Assembly: GCF_004010195.1 (NCBI RefSeq)
Contig: NC_057719.1
Coordinates: 77,255,339-77,319,338, forward strand
Direction of reading: 5' to 3'
DNA length: 64,000 nucleotides
From: Chiloscyllium plagiosum
Taxonomy: Eukaryota
Shown here: positions 52,465 to 64,000 of the stretch, piece by piece
Layout: each line of letters opens with the position of its first letter
How positions within the stretch are numbered: the stretch's first letter is position 1
Translations under genes and position numbers: made by a program
Notes under the pieces: model-generated
What the model was told of the DNA's origin: nothing
Database searches by the model: none
Seen by the model: the letters and a program-made list of their open reading frames with translations, nothing else

Positions 52465-52800
52465 TTAGTTGGTAGCATCTTTCTTTTGAGTCACAAGATT
52501 GCAGGTTCAAGTCCCACTCTTGAACACAAATCAAGGCTGTCTCCAATGGAGCACTGAGCAAATGATACATTGTTGGAGTGTCATTTTTCAGATGAATTGT
52601 TAAACCAAGGTTCCATTTAGGTGCCTGGTTTAAAAACACCGGCAGGGAGTTGTATCTGCTGTCTTGGCCAATAATTAACTCTCAATCACAATCAGAAAAA
52701 AATGCAAATTATCCAGTCAAATTATCTCATTGTTTGTTTGAGTTTGCTGTGTGCAAATTGACTGCTGCATTTCCTCAATTGTTTGAGTGACTACAATTCA
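52465..52800 (+). mobile_element. Decayed DeuSINE
   Basis: tRNA-like head (GGTTCAAGTCCC) followed by GTTGGAGTGTCATTTTTCAGATGAATTGTTAAACCAAGG, Deu-like core. Confidence 0.6.
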
Positions 52801-53068
52801 AATTACTTTACTTACTTTAAGATACAGACATACATGAGAACATAAGAATTGAATGAGTAAGCCACTCAACCTGTCTAACCTGCTCCATAAGATCACGTCT
52901 GATCTGATTAATCCACATTCCCATCTATGCATAACTTTTCACCACATAGATTGTTGATAAACAATCTACCTTGCCTTAAAAACTTCAAAGATTCTGCTTG
53001 CACTATCTTTTAAAGAGGAAAGTTCCAAATATTTATGACCCCCCTTTGAGAAAGAGATTTTCTCTCAT

Positions 53069-53192
53069 TAGCAAGTTTTGAGAAGATTTGTAGCTCAGGT
53101 TGAGGTTCTGGATATAGTACTGATGTTACCTGGTATCGTGACGAAACATCTGAAAATGAACCTTCCAGCTCAATGAGCAAACTTACATCCAC
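53069..53192. mobile_element. Family C fold-back insert inside an old CR1 fragment (52835-53720)
   Basis: TSD TTTCTCTCAT at 53059-53068 and 53193-53202. Both arms match 32821-32938. Confidence 0.78.
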
Positions 53193-54857
53193 TTTCTCTC
53201 ATCTTCATCCGAAAAAGGCAACCACTTATTTTTAAACAGTCATCCTATTTTGAGAGTCTCCCAAACATCTTTTTCACATGGAATCTGCCAAGATCTTTTA
53301 GGATCTCCCATGTTTCAACTCAAGTAACCTCTTCCTCTTTTGAACTCCAGTGAATACAAACCTAGCCTGCCCATCCTACCTCATAAGAGATCAGGTACCT
53401 TCCAGGCATTGTTCTTGTAAATCTTATGTAAACTGTTGCAATGTAGTTCTATTTTTCCTTAAAAGAGATGGATACACTACACAGTACTCCTCATATGGCC
53501 TCACCAATGGAGCATATTTTCCCTACTTTTATATTCAATTCCCCTCACATTGAACAATAACAATATTAGCTTCCCTGATAGTCCCTAGATAAATAAACTT
53601 TTCAGGTTCATGACTGAGACACCCAGATTCTTTCAGAGCTCTAAAACCTTTTTTGGTTAAGATGCTTCTTTTGAATGCTTCCTGCCAATATGGGCAACTT
53701 CACATTTTCCCTACAATAAAATATTTGAAAGTTTCTGCGATTAAATCTTCCTTTCTTTATCAGCTATTAGCAGTGTTATTATTGGGTAAATCTTCATCGT
53801 TATTTCTGATATATGCATACATACAATTAAACATGGAAATCTAAAAGTGTTGTCAGAGATCCAGTGCTTTTCCATTGGATGCACTATTGAAGTCCTTGCC
53901 AGTAGTCTCTGAAATGACCATGACGACATGTACTACAGTTTCTATTTCTAGCTCTCTCTCCCTTACCATTTGTGTCCAAAGCGTTCTCTCTGTTATTAAG
54001 TTAGCTCTTGTAATATGAACACTGAGATGGAGTTTCTTTCTAAGAACAAGTAAACTGAGCAACTGATTGTCTTTCACCAGCTGAGAGAAATTCCTGGCCA
54101 ATGCATACTTTAAATAGAACGCATATGACATAATGGAGCATGATTCACTGGAGCTTGTGGGAGATCAGTGTTACATTGCTAGTCATCCATTACCAAAGAA
54201 GGAATCAGGAGTTACTGTCTTCCACAACTGTTTATTTTCACTTCATAACTCAATACAAACTCCAATCTTCTCTCTCCCCTTCAGACCAATTGCCCTTACT
54301 GGGGCAAACCAACCCTTATATATTTTTAATCCACCTGTTCAGATGTACTATGACATTCCTCTGGAGAGGTGGGACTTGAAACCGTAATAAAATAAGACCA
54401 TAAGATGTAGGAGCAGCAATAGACTATTCAGTCATCAAATCTGCTGTGCCATTCAATGAGATCATGGCTGATCCTGATAATCCTCAACTCCACTTGCTTA
54501 CCTATTTCCAAATAACCCTGCTGTAGTCTGCCTAAGGCCTTCTACAGCTTGAGGAAAACCTCCCTCCTTTTACAATCTTTGGTTCCATTTGCCTTCCCTA
54601 TTATCCACTGAATTTGGACGTTAACGTTTTATGACTAATAGATGTGGACTCCCAAATTTATCTGTTCTGTAATTTTCTGCAGTCTTTATCTATTTAAATA
54701 ATATTCACCATCTCTATTCCACCTGCCAAAGTGCATATCCTCATATTTCTTCACATTATATTCCATCTGCGAAGCTTTTTCTCATTCACTATATCTGTCT
54801 ATATCCATCTGCAGACTCTGTCATCCACACCACTTGCCTTTCTCACCTATTTTTGTG

Positions 54858-54938
54858 GAGAAAGTTAGGTCTGCAGATGCTGGAGATCAGAGCTGGAAAT
54901 GTGTTGCTGGAAAAGCGCAGGTCAGGCAGCATCCATGA
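54858..54938 (-). mobile_element. Short family A insert (3' end only) inside an old CR1 fragment (54395-54985)
   Basis: TSD TCACCTATTTTTGTG at 54843-54857 and 54939-54953. Confidence 0.8.
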
Positions 54939-56902
54939 TCACCTATTTTTGTGTCATCTGCAAACTGGGATATTTCACATTCACCATACTATATAAAGCT
55001 TTGGGCCAAATGTGAGAAAATTAGATTAGAATAGATGGATGTCTGATGACCAGCATGGATATGATGGGCTAAAGAGCCTCTTTCCTTACAGTAAAACCGT
55101 TATGATTCTATAACTTGAAGCTCAGGCCAACTGACAAAGAACCACTGTGCCACAAGAGTGGCAAAACCACTTGAATAACACACCAATTAACATTTGCTGC
55201 TTTCTATTATCTCTGGAACATGTCCTAGCTCATAGTGCAGTGGGTACTTTCCTACCTTTGAACCAGGAACACGGTTTCAAATTCATCCTGATCCACAGGT
55301 GTATAATAACATTTCTAATTAGGTCGATGAGAAAATAGCTGTCAAGGCTCTTTCACAAGGAAACCATCATATGCAACATTATCAATCAGTAGCCCATGAA
55401 CGTGGATGTCAATTGCTGCATGTCATTACCCTATTTTGGATGATGAAATGCAGTTAACAGTTGTGAAGGAAGATTTAAGCAAGTCAATGTGCTTCACTTT
55501 TTCATTTACTGTAGTCCAGAGCTTAGTGTCCCAAACCATGTAATGCCTTCTCAAATCATTTTTGAGCACAAATCTTAATTCCTTTATTTTAAATGGGTTA
55601 ATATTTCAACAAAATAATGAACAAGCAACTGTCTTATGCATACTGATTCCAAACAAATTTCTGGGCTGATGTTGAAATTAAAACCCGAACAGTAAACGTG
55701 TAGAACAACTACCATTACTTTTTCCATCCTGTGATAACCTTTTCTATTTATTCCACACTGTACTTTTGTATCACTGGTGAAGTATGGAGAATTGAATCAG
55801 TATTAATTATTCATGATTTTATATACTCCCTCAGTAGGAAAAACGGTTCTCACTTATATTCATAGCTAAAGGAAATTAATATTACTGGCTGATATAATTT
55901 AGTTTGTGCTGACATGGAGGAGAAGTGGTAATTATATTTAATTGTATTTAGTCGGTGCCTATGTCTGCACGACAAATGCAAAGTTAAAAGAAACAAATAG
56001 CCTTGACTTTGTTTTGAACAGAAATTGCAAATATAATAAAGTGGTATACCTCAGAGACCCTAATTCAATGAGGTCTAACTTCACTCAGATATGATTTGCC
56101 CGCCTTCAGTATTCTTCAGTGTTCCCTGCTGGTATCTCCATGTGCAAAGTCATCTTTAGACAAAAAAGCCTGGGGCTTGAATCAATTTCAATCCCAATTT
56201 AAATGAACGTGTTTGGAGTCATACAGTGTGTCCCACAGGCTTCATGCGCTTCATTTCCCTACAGACCGTCATCCATTAAATTTTCTCTTGGATTTGATAA
56301 ACATTTGTGATTGACATTGCAGCAGAAATTAGTTTGCATGAAAGGGATGGAACTCTGCGAGATCTTTCCTGGCAGAATAATGAAGGTCTTGAACTCTTTT
56401 TAACATAGGCCATGATTTTCTTACTTTTATTTGTAGTGTGGGGTCCAGCGATTTAGGTGGCAACTAACACTTGATGTCCCACTGCCAAGAGAAGTCAACT
56501 GATGAAATGCGAAGCAGTTCATCAAGAGCTGCCAGGTAGTTTAGGGCAAGTTTCTTAACCTATTGAAGGCCTCAATTCTGGGCCACCAGATTCTCTGAGC
56601 CAATCAGAACCCTACAGCTTCTGGGTCCTAAAGAAAGTTGGTTGAGGCCTGATCCTTGTTGGTAATAACACTGCCCAACCATCAACACTGAATGCCACAC
56701 ATACCATAAGAAAAACCATTTTTCAAACATTTGCAGCAAAGGTGATGTTAACCTCCTGCTAGAAAATTTCAGAATACAACTTTTCAGTCTGCAACATTCT
56801 AAGAAGTTGATGTAAAGTAGAGACATTCTTCTTGGTGAAATAATTTCAGCAATGGGAAGCAACTCAGGAAAATCTATTAAGAGTAAAGTCTTTTTTGTTT
56901 TA

Positions 56903-57209
56903 AGATTACATTACAGTGTGGAAACAGGCCCTTCGGCCCAACAAGTCCAAACCGACCCGCCGAAGCGCAACCCACCCATACCCCTACATTTACCCCTATA
57001 CCTAACACTACGGGCAATTTAGCATGGCCAATTCACTTGACCTGCACATCTTTGGACTGTGGGAGGAAACTGGAGCACCCGGAGGAAACCCACGCAGACA
57101 CAGGGAGAACGTGCAAACTCCACACAGTCAGTCGCCTGAGGCGGGAATTGAACCCGGGTCTCTGGCACTGTGAGATAGCAGTGATAACCACTTTGCCACC
57201 GTGCCGCCC
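56903..57209 (-). mobile_element. HE1-type V-SINE, young full-length copy
   Basis: GGGCGGCACGGTGGCAAAGTGGTTATCAC..GGTTCAATTCC head, V-domain and tail. Confidence 0.92.
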
Positions 57210-59749
57210 TTGATTAGGTTATGTCCATGTTCATGTTCATGTTCAAAGTTCAGAAATTGTTATTCTCCAAGAAGGCCAATAGCAATTCACAGATGAACCT
57301 CATCACCTTCTCAAGGACAATTAGGGGAACGGATAATAATCCTTACCATTAGCCAGCAATGCTCACATCCTGGGAAATTAAAAAAAAAGGAAGCAACCAT
57401 CCTTTCCTTCAGTAAAGACGAAGGAAACCAAACCACAGAATGTCCAGAGACAGAGAAGGCCTTGTTGGTCATGAAAATGAAACTTGAGCAGGTAAAAATT
57501 AAATAAAAATTGCCACAGTCTAAATGCCTTAAAAGGACTGCTGACCTAAAAGCCTACCTATTAGCAGCTACATTGTACAATCAAGCCTTAGAAACTGTAA
57601 AAGAAAAGGTCAGAGCAGATTTCCAAAAATCCTCTACACGCACAGCCAATTTTCTTACAAAACTGACAACAAAAAGGCTCGTCATTGGAGGGAAATGTAT
57701 TTTTCATAAAAATACTTGGATCCACAGAATCATTACCTGTAGCAGGGGATAAGACAATAAATTGATTATGATTAAATATTAAGGTTAAATGAGAGGCTGG
57801 AAAAGAACTTGGTGATGATGTGGAATAAGAGTTAATTATATTCTTATTCCAAGAATAGTTACTAAGCATTAGCAAACAGAGCTATGACATAGCGATGTCA
57901 GATCACATGGAATCATAAGCTAGGTCTCTGCAGTTGAAGAAGCATCTCTTCCCTTTCCATACCTTGTAAATACTTTTGTTAATAAAGTTTATTAAGATTT
58001 ATTCATAAGTGTATGGAATCTTGGGATTGCCATTGATAAGCAACCTAACTGGACAATACTGTGGTTACAAGAGCAGATCAGAGTTCTGACTGAAGTTTAC
58101 TCTGGGACAGGGTTCCTATCCCTTGGCACCATAATCAGGAGTAAGTGCACTCACATTTGTTCATCCTGCAGCTACCTAAGCCAATTGACAGTCTGACAGC
58201 TATTGAGGCAGCACTTCTAAGAATTGTTATCCAATCAATAGACTGGCAGCTCTCTTGTGCCTGCAGTGCCAACTGGAGTAATGGCCCAGATTTCAGGTTA
58301 TGGATGCAGTCTTGGTGGTTTCAGGTCTGGATACATGATATTGACCACTCCCACATGAGCAAAATCACAGGGACAGTGGGCTGAGGTCCTTAAGTTGCTA
58401 TTAATAGGCCACTTCAGGGCTTCAACTGGCCTATGGGGAAGCAGACAACCTCACACTTCTCCCACTGCTTGTAAAATTGTAGTCTGGTGGGGACAAATAG
58501 GCAGGCATAGTGCTGAGAGGCAGCATTGTTAACCACTGAGTCGCTATAACACCCATATCTGTCATGCTTTTGTACTTAATATTTATGACGCCTCAATTCA
58601 CCTTCCCAACCCCCACGACTACTACTACCAAAAGATATGAGGTTCAGACACTAGAGAATGTATCCATTTCTCAAATGTTACTTTAATGTAAATTTTAGTT
58701 TTGAATTTTTGTTACTGTCCCTTAAAAGCCAGCCCCTCAGTTACTGAGTAAATTTGACTTTCAAGTTAATTTATTTTCAAAAGAGTATAAAAGACACATG
58801 AAATGCAGGGGATAAATAAGTAAAAATTGATTTCTTGTCTTTTCCCTCAGCACCAGGAGTTTTATAATGTACATCAGCTGTATCCCTATCTCCATGAGCC
58901 TGCCATTGGTCTAGTGCTGCAGGCCATCCAACTGGGCCTCCTATCATGGGAGCCACCCACGTTTATTAATTGAATGGCAAACTGCCCACCTCCTGGAAGA
59001 TTCCCATTGTCAGATTTCCCCTTGCCCTGATGGCAATAGACACAATTACTCAATTTTTTCTGAATGTATAGATCCCATTCAGTCTTAACCAGGAACTAAT
59101 AAACAGGAAAAACAAGAAAATTAAAAACAATGTTAGTTTTGAATTGTGTGGAGAAAGCAAAGGGGGGGGGGGGGGGTGAAGAAAGATAGGAGAAAGAGAA
59201 ACCTTCGAGACAGAATAAATATAACAAAAATCTTTTTTTCTTACTTTTAATACCAATTCAGAGAGTGAAACTGCACGTAAAATTAAATTTCCAGTGAAAC
59301 TTTAAATTAACCTCTCCCGTAACTCCTGAAACTCTAGCGGGCAAGATCTGAATCCATTTCCTATATTTAAGGTCCAACAAGGGCTGTTCTCCTTCCCTGA
59401 ATAAGATGAGTTACTTTCATGTCAGTGAGTCTCAATTGCACTACAGGAGACATCTGAGCCGCTCAGTTTCTGCCAATTCCCATCAAAGCTCTAACTGAAA
59501 TTGTATTACGTGAATTAAAATACTCCAGAACTATTATGGACCAGCAATTGAATCTCAAACTTACACCACTGACCATGTCACAAGATGGCCCACGTTCAAT
59601 AAATATGCTGAAGCCCTGTTTTATTTCAGGTGTTCAGCATTTGCGGATTTTAAAAAAATTTTGGTATATGGGTGATGATTAATTGATATCTCCAATATTT
59701 TTTAAAAAGCTTCAAAATGATCATTAAAGTCAAGGACATTGGAAGTTGT

Positions 59750-59980
59750 CTTAACTTTTTCATGCAGAGGGTGGTATGTGTATGGAATAAGTTGCCAGAG
59801 GATGTGGTGGAGGCTGATACAATTGCAACATTTAAGAGGCATTTGGATGGGTATATGAATAGGAAGGGTTTGGAGGGATATGGGCCGGCAGGTGGGACTA
59901 GATTGGGTTGGGATATCTGATCAGCATGGACAGATTGGACTGAAGGGTCTGTTTCCATGCTGTACATCTCTATGACTCTA
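59750..59980 (+). mobile_element. CR1 3' end
   Basis: NFFMQRVVCVWNKLPEDVV..FKRHLDGYM and CTCTATGACTCT tail. Confidence 0.9.
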
Positions 59981-60519
59981 AATGAAACCAGTTGCTCACA
60001 AAGATTTCTTCTAAGAGAAAAGAGAACCAATGAGGTCAACGTCATGTAGTGTTACATAGTGCTTACAACACAGAAACAGGCTATTTGACCTAGCAGGTTC
60101 CTCCTTCTGAGGCAATTCTTAGAAAACACATTCACAGACATTATCCACTCATGTGAGGTCATTAAACCTTTTCCTGCACTATATGCAGCTAGGTGGAGCT
60201 ATCCTCCACTGTCTTTAGCCACATCTCGCTTTGCTTTACCAATATTTTCTAATCGTCACCACTTCGTTCGCAAAAACGTCTATTAAAAACCCATGAGTGC
60301 TACTCTCTCCTTTAGTCAGTTATCATTGTTTGTTACATAGCACTATTCCCAGGGGTGGCAACATCACCAGCAATCACATTGCATCTTATTCTCTTTTGGA
60401 GGTGCAGGCCAACTTTACGCTGTATAGGTTAACTTTATGCAATACCAGGAAGTAACCATACTTGACCCCCCTGCTGGTTGCATGCCAAAATCAGTAGAAG
60501 GAATAACCAACACAAAATT

Positions 60520-60650
60520 CTCCACAATGACCTGATGAAGGAGTGGCACTCCAAAAGCTAGTGCTTCCAAACGAACCGGTTGGACTGTAACCTGGTGTTG
60601 TGTGATTTTTAACTTGTTGACCACAGTCCAACAGCAGTACCTCCAAGTCA
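60520..60650 (+). mobile_element. Family B Penelope-derived fragment
   Basis: GACCTGATGAAGGAGTGGCACTCCAAAAGCTAGTG..GTTGGACTGTAACCTGGTGTTGTG. Confidence 0.75.
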
Positions 60651-60978
60651 TTAGATTTATCAACAACCTGAATTTCATTTGATAATTGTGCATCATGATT
60701 TCCCTGCATATGTTGGGAGTTAACCAATTTAAGCCCCTTTAAGTTTAATGTTTGTTGATTGGAGGCAAGAGTATTTAGGTTGACAGCTTGTTTATCTCAG
60801 CTGTAAATGTGAGTATTCAGGATGTAGATTTACTGCAGGTGTAATTTGAGCATTTGGATGTAATTGTATGAGTACATAGAAGTGTGTATGTATTGCAGCT
60901 TAAGTAGGAATATTTTGATTGCAGACTTGTTCAGAGCAGATGTCGGTAAGTCTGTTAGATATCAGTAATGTAAGATCA

Positions 60979-61177
60979 GCACCAGGAGGCAGTCTTATAT
61001 CACTTAAGTTTTAATCACTGGTGTTGCAATCAATAAGAGGTAGATTTTATAATTGGGGGAAGGGAAATTACGATGCTGTAAGGCAGGATTTGAGGAGCAT
61101 ACGTTGGGAGCATAGGCTGTCGCACCAGGAGGCAGTCTTATATCACTTAAGTTTTAATCACTGGCGTTGCAATCAAT
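60979..61177 (+). repeat. 56-bp direct repeat flanking an 87-bp internal CR1-like fragment
   Basis: 60979-61034 and 61122-61177 differ at one base. The spacer encodes NWGKGNYDAVRQDLRSIRWEHRL. Confidence 0.85.
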
Positions 61178-62077
61178 GCCAGGCGGACTTTTACGAAAAC
61201 AGTAAATGTTACAACAAATTATTGCACCAGAACGTTTTAGAGAACAAACTAACTTCAAAAGTAAAAGAGAAATTTTACCTTCAATCTATAATTCTGCTAT
61301 TTATTAGCATTTGATAGTTTCTGATGTCTTACCAAGAACAGTTTCAGATACTGGAAGAGGCTATGCAAAGTGTGGAACATCCACTTGCCTGAATTTTAAT
61401 GTTCAGATGCATTCGCAGCAGAGTGGGGAGCAGGATCTGGAAACCAGAAGTATGTGAACACATTTATCTGTGGCTTTTTAATTTATTAGTGTCAGCAGGA
61501 ATGATAACACTCATCACGCTGCAATTTTAACTCCATTATTTACAGAGATGTTGTAAAAGGTAATGGTCTTGAAGGAGTTAGTGTTCATGTTGTACTGAGC
61601 TTCACCTATTGTGTTTATAGTTTGTGGATAGAGATAAGGAATTCTATTACAATCTTTACTGAGGGAGCCATATATTAATTTGCATACATATTCAGATGTA
61701 TTTTGCACATCTCCTGAGTGAACTATCTCAAACATTAATCTGAATCCCAAAATGGCAGATCTACATAGTTCTACCACGGTAGTGGCAATCAGGGTAGTAA
61801 CAAATGGTGACCTCTGACACAGATTTAAATTCCATGCAGAAACCCCCACCACAAGGAGAAGATTGATGAAGACCAGTGAGTTCACCTCTTTAAGAAAACA
61901 GAGTCCGGCAGCAGCTGAAACATTATACTGATGGCTGGAGACCCTGCAGCAGTGTGGAAGAAGCAATTGGCCGTCTTCAGCACTCCAAATACAAAACTTC
62001 ATCAAGAAGTTGATAAGAGGTGAAAGGAAAAGGGTGTGGGCCAGGGAAGGAGAAGAATGTCTTCGAAAAAACAGAGG

Positions 62078-62225
62078 CCTTATAGTCCTAGAGCTGTACA
62101 GCATGGAAACAGACTTCAGTCCAATCATCCATGCCAACCAGATATCCTAAATATCTACTACCATTTGCCAGCATTTGGCCCATATCCCTCTAAATTCTTT
62201 CTATTCATATACCCATCCAGATGCC
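62078..62225 (-). mobile_element. CR1 3' tail fragment
   Basis: TAGAGCTGTACAGCATGGAAACAGAC..CCCATATCCCTCTAAA, homologous to other CR1 tails. Confidence 0.8.
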
Positions 62226-62753
62226 TTAATGAAGGAGTCCTTGTAGGGAGCAAGAGAAGGCTGCCAGAATAAAATTAGCTATCCCAAAGGGAAAAGGCAG
62301 TAATTTTAAGAATGTGGCACAAAGGATGATGACATATGAGCTTTTTAGGGTTATTTAAACTTTAAGACTTAAGTCAATCCCAATTATAAACTGAGTTGAC
62401 AGAACAATCTAGAGTTTTACTAATTCTGATTAGTTACAAGATCCATTCCAGGTACAAAGGTTTTCACAATTTTTACTGAATTTATTCTCATAACAAGTAG
62501 AAAAACAATGAAAGAAAAATAATGGACATATGCCTCTCGTTGTTTTCTGCTGACTCAAGTTTTTCTTCTGTTTTTCTTTCTTGTACAGCAAACCATTTGT
62601 TAACTCTTGACAGCCACTACCTGCATGGTCAGAGATATCCTGACCTTGTCAATAAAGGGAAATTATGTGATCAATCCCAGATTGGCACCATGGCATATGC
62701 ACAATTCATGACCGGCTCCTCCTAAAAGTGAGTCACATAGTGATAGCACTTCA

Positions 62754-62971
62754 TGTAGGTTGTTCTGTTTCAATGGGACAGTAGTGTACCTCTGCAACCT
62801 CACACTATAGAAAATCACACTATGGAAAACCACTTTAGAAAATTGCGCTGTAGAAGATTGCTAATAGAAAATTGCTATACCTGTTCATTGGAAAGTTCAC
62901 GTTATCCAAACAACATCCACAATTCGTCAATCGTGTTATAGCCGATTCGCTTTCGAGAAGAATGACCTGTA
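62754..62971. mobile_element. Possible pogo/Tigger-like MITE
   Basis: Degenerate terminal inverted repeats (TGTAGGTTGTTCT ... AGAATGACCTGTA) with internal short ATAGAAAAT repeats. Confidence 0.45.
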
Positions 62972-64000
62972 TTGTCTTCTGATTTGTTAGTTAATACGCC
63001 TATCACTTTGTATGATCACTTCTTTTGTAACAGTTTGTCTGTAACAAGCTTACATCTTTATTGATGTTTGGCATCAGCAGCGTAAACTGTCCAACTGCAT
63101 GGAGTATGCATTGTGCTCTTCCCCCATCAGTGATTTAATATCATCCCAAATGCCTCGAAGATTTGTATCGGAAGTGTTCTACAAAATCTATCAATATTCT
63201 TTAACTACCAGAACCCTGTGTAACTCCACAATGACTATTGATGCGTAAACAAACTAAACCTCAAATAAACCATGCAAAATATTATTAAACAAGAATGTTT
63301 CATAATTTAAATTCAAAAATAAACAAATTTTAAAACGTAGCTGTTCCGTGAAGTGGGAGTCTTTTATTTTAAAACATTCTCACCTTTGTTAGCCTTTATT
63401 TACATTAACCTAAGCCATAGACGCAGCCACAAATCCATGAGTTTATTTTTGACTTGTCTATATGACTGTTCTTCCTTCCAAACATGTTTTTCAATTAACC
63501 ATGCTCAATTAAAATGAAATTTCATTCCTCATTTGCTTCATCAGTTATTGAAAAAATAACTCAATCCTATAAAAGAGTGATTTTTTTTTTAAAAAAAGAA
63601 TTCTCCCCTAAGAAAATGATTATGGAGTCATTGAGAATAGGCTCCGTGAAGCACAGCTGCAACGAACTGTGACAAATCTAGGGAGAAAACCCATTACTCT
63701 GAACCACATACTGGCAGAGCTGGCAGATACCATGAAATGCCTGTCATGTCGATCAATATCAAACCACACAAACCTGGTTCAGAGATCATACACCATTTCA
63801 GTGACGCCCCTCTTGAAATGTTGCTGGGGCTTGTGAGGAAGGGATACAGAAACTAGGAAGAGAAGGAATAAGCTAGCTGGACATACCAAAGAGTGTGGTT
63901 GGAATTGAAACAAGAGGTTAGAAGCAAGTACGTGATGCCATGATTTTGCATTTAACACAGGAATTAGTTTCTTATCTATGCAAGGCAAGAAACGTGAGAG

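Noticed and set aside
57130..57209. tRNA gene
   Set aside because: The A/B boxes are the head of an HE1 SINE and run straight into the V-domain; the same applies to the other copies.
61514..62137. 207-aa minus-strand ORF
   Set aside because: Starts inside a CR1 tail, has no recognisable domain or splice context; likely a chance ORF.

Overview
Vertebrate genomic DNA, inferred to be from a shark or other elasmobranch because it carries HE1-type V-SINEs and HER1/CR1 LINE tails. The left third holds the 5' part of GALNT11 (polypeptide GalNAc-transferase 11) on the minus strand. It has 8 coding exons that splice in frame (16736 down to 4689), a probable non-coding exon 1 and a CpG-island promoter at about 19.0-19.6 kb. 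The ricin/lectin exons are not in the window. The remaining ~44 kb is intergenic and dominated by decayed, often nested mobile elements: CR1, Rex1, a full-length dead L1 with TSDs, a Gmr1-like SCAN-gag Gypsy element, Penelope-like fragments, V-SINEs and DeuSINEs. Most notable observations: (1) four sequence-distinct families of short Penelope-derived inserts share one minimal hammerhead-ribozyme architecture with covarying stems, and many are fold-back inserts with 10-17 bp TSDs; (2) the GALNT11 promoter contains an exact 36-bp-period array that alternates a TGATTGACAG-like (PBX/PREP-MEIS) motif with an Sp1 GC box; (3) GALNT11 has a GC-AG intron and two uAUGs just before the start codon; (4) an 87-bp internal CR1 fragment sits between 56-bp direct repeats. 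Coordinates were read by eye, and TE boundaries without TSDs are approximate.
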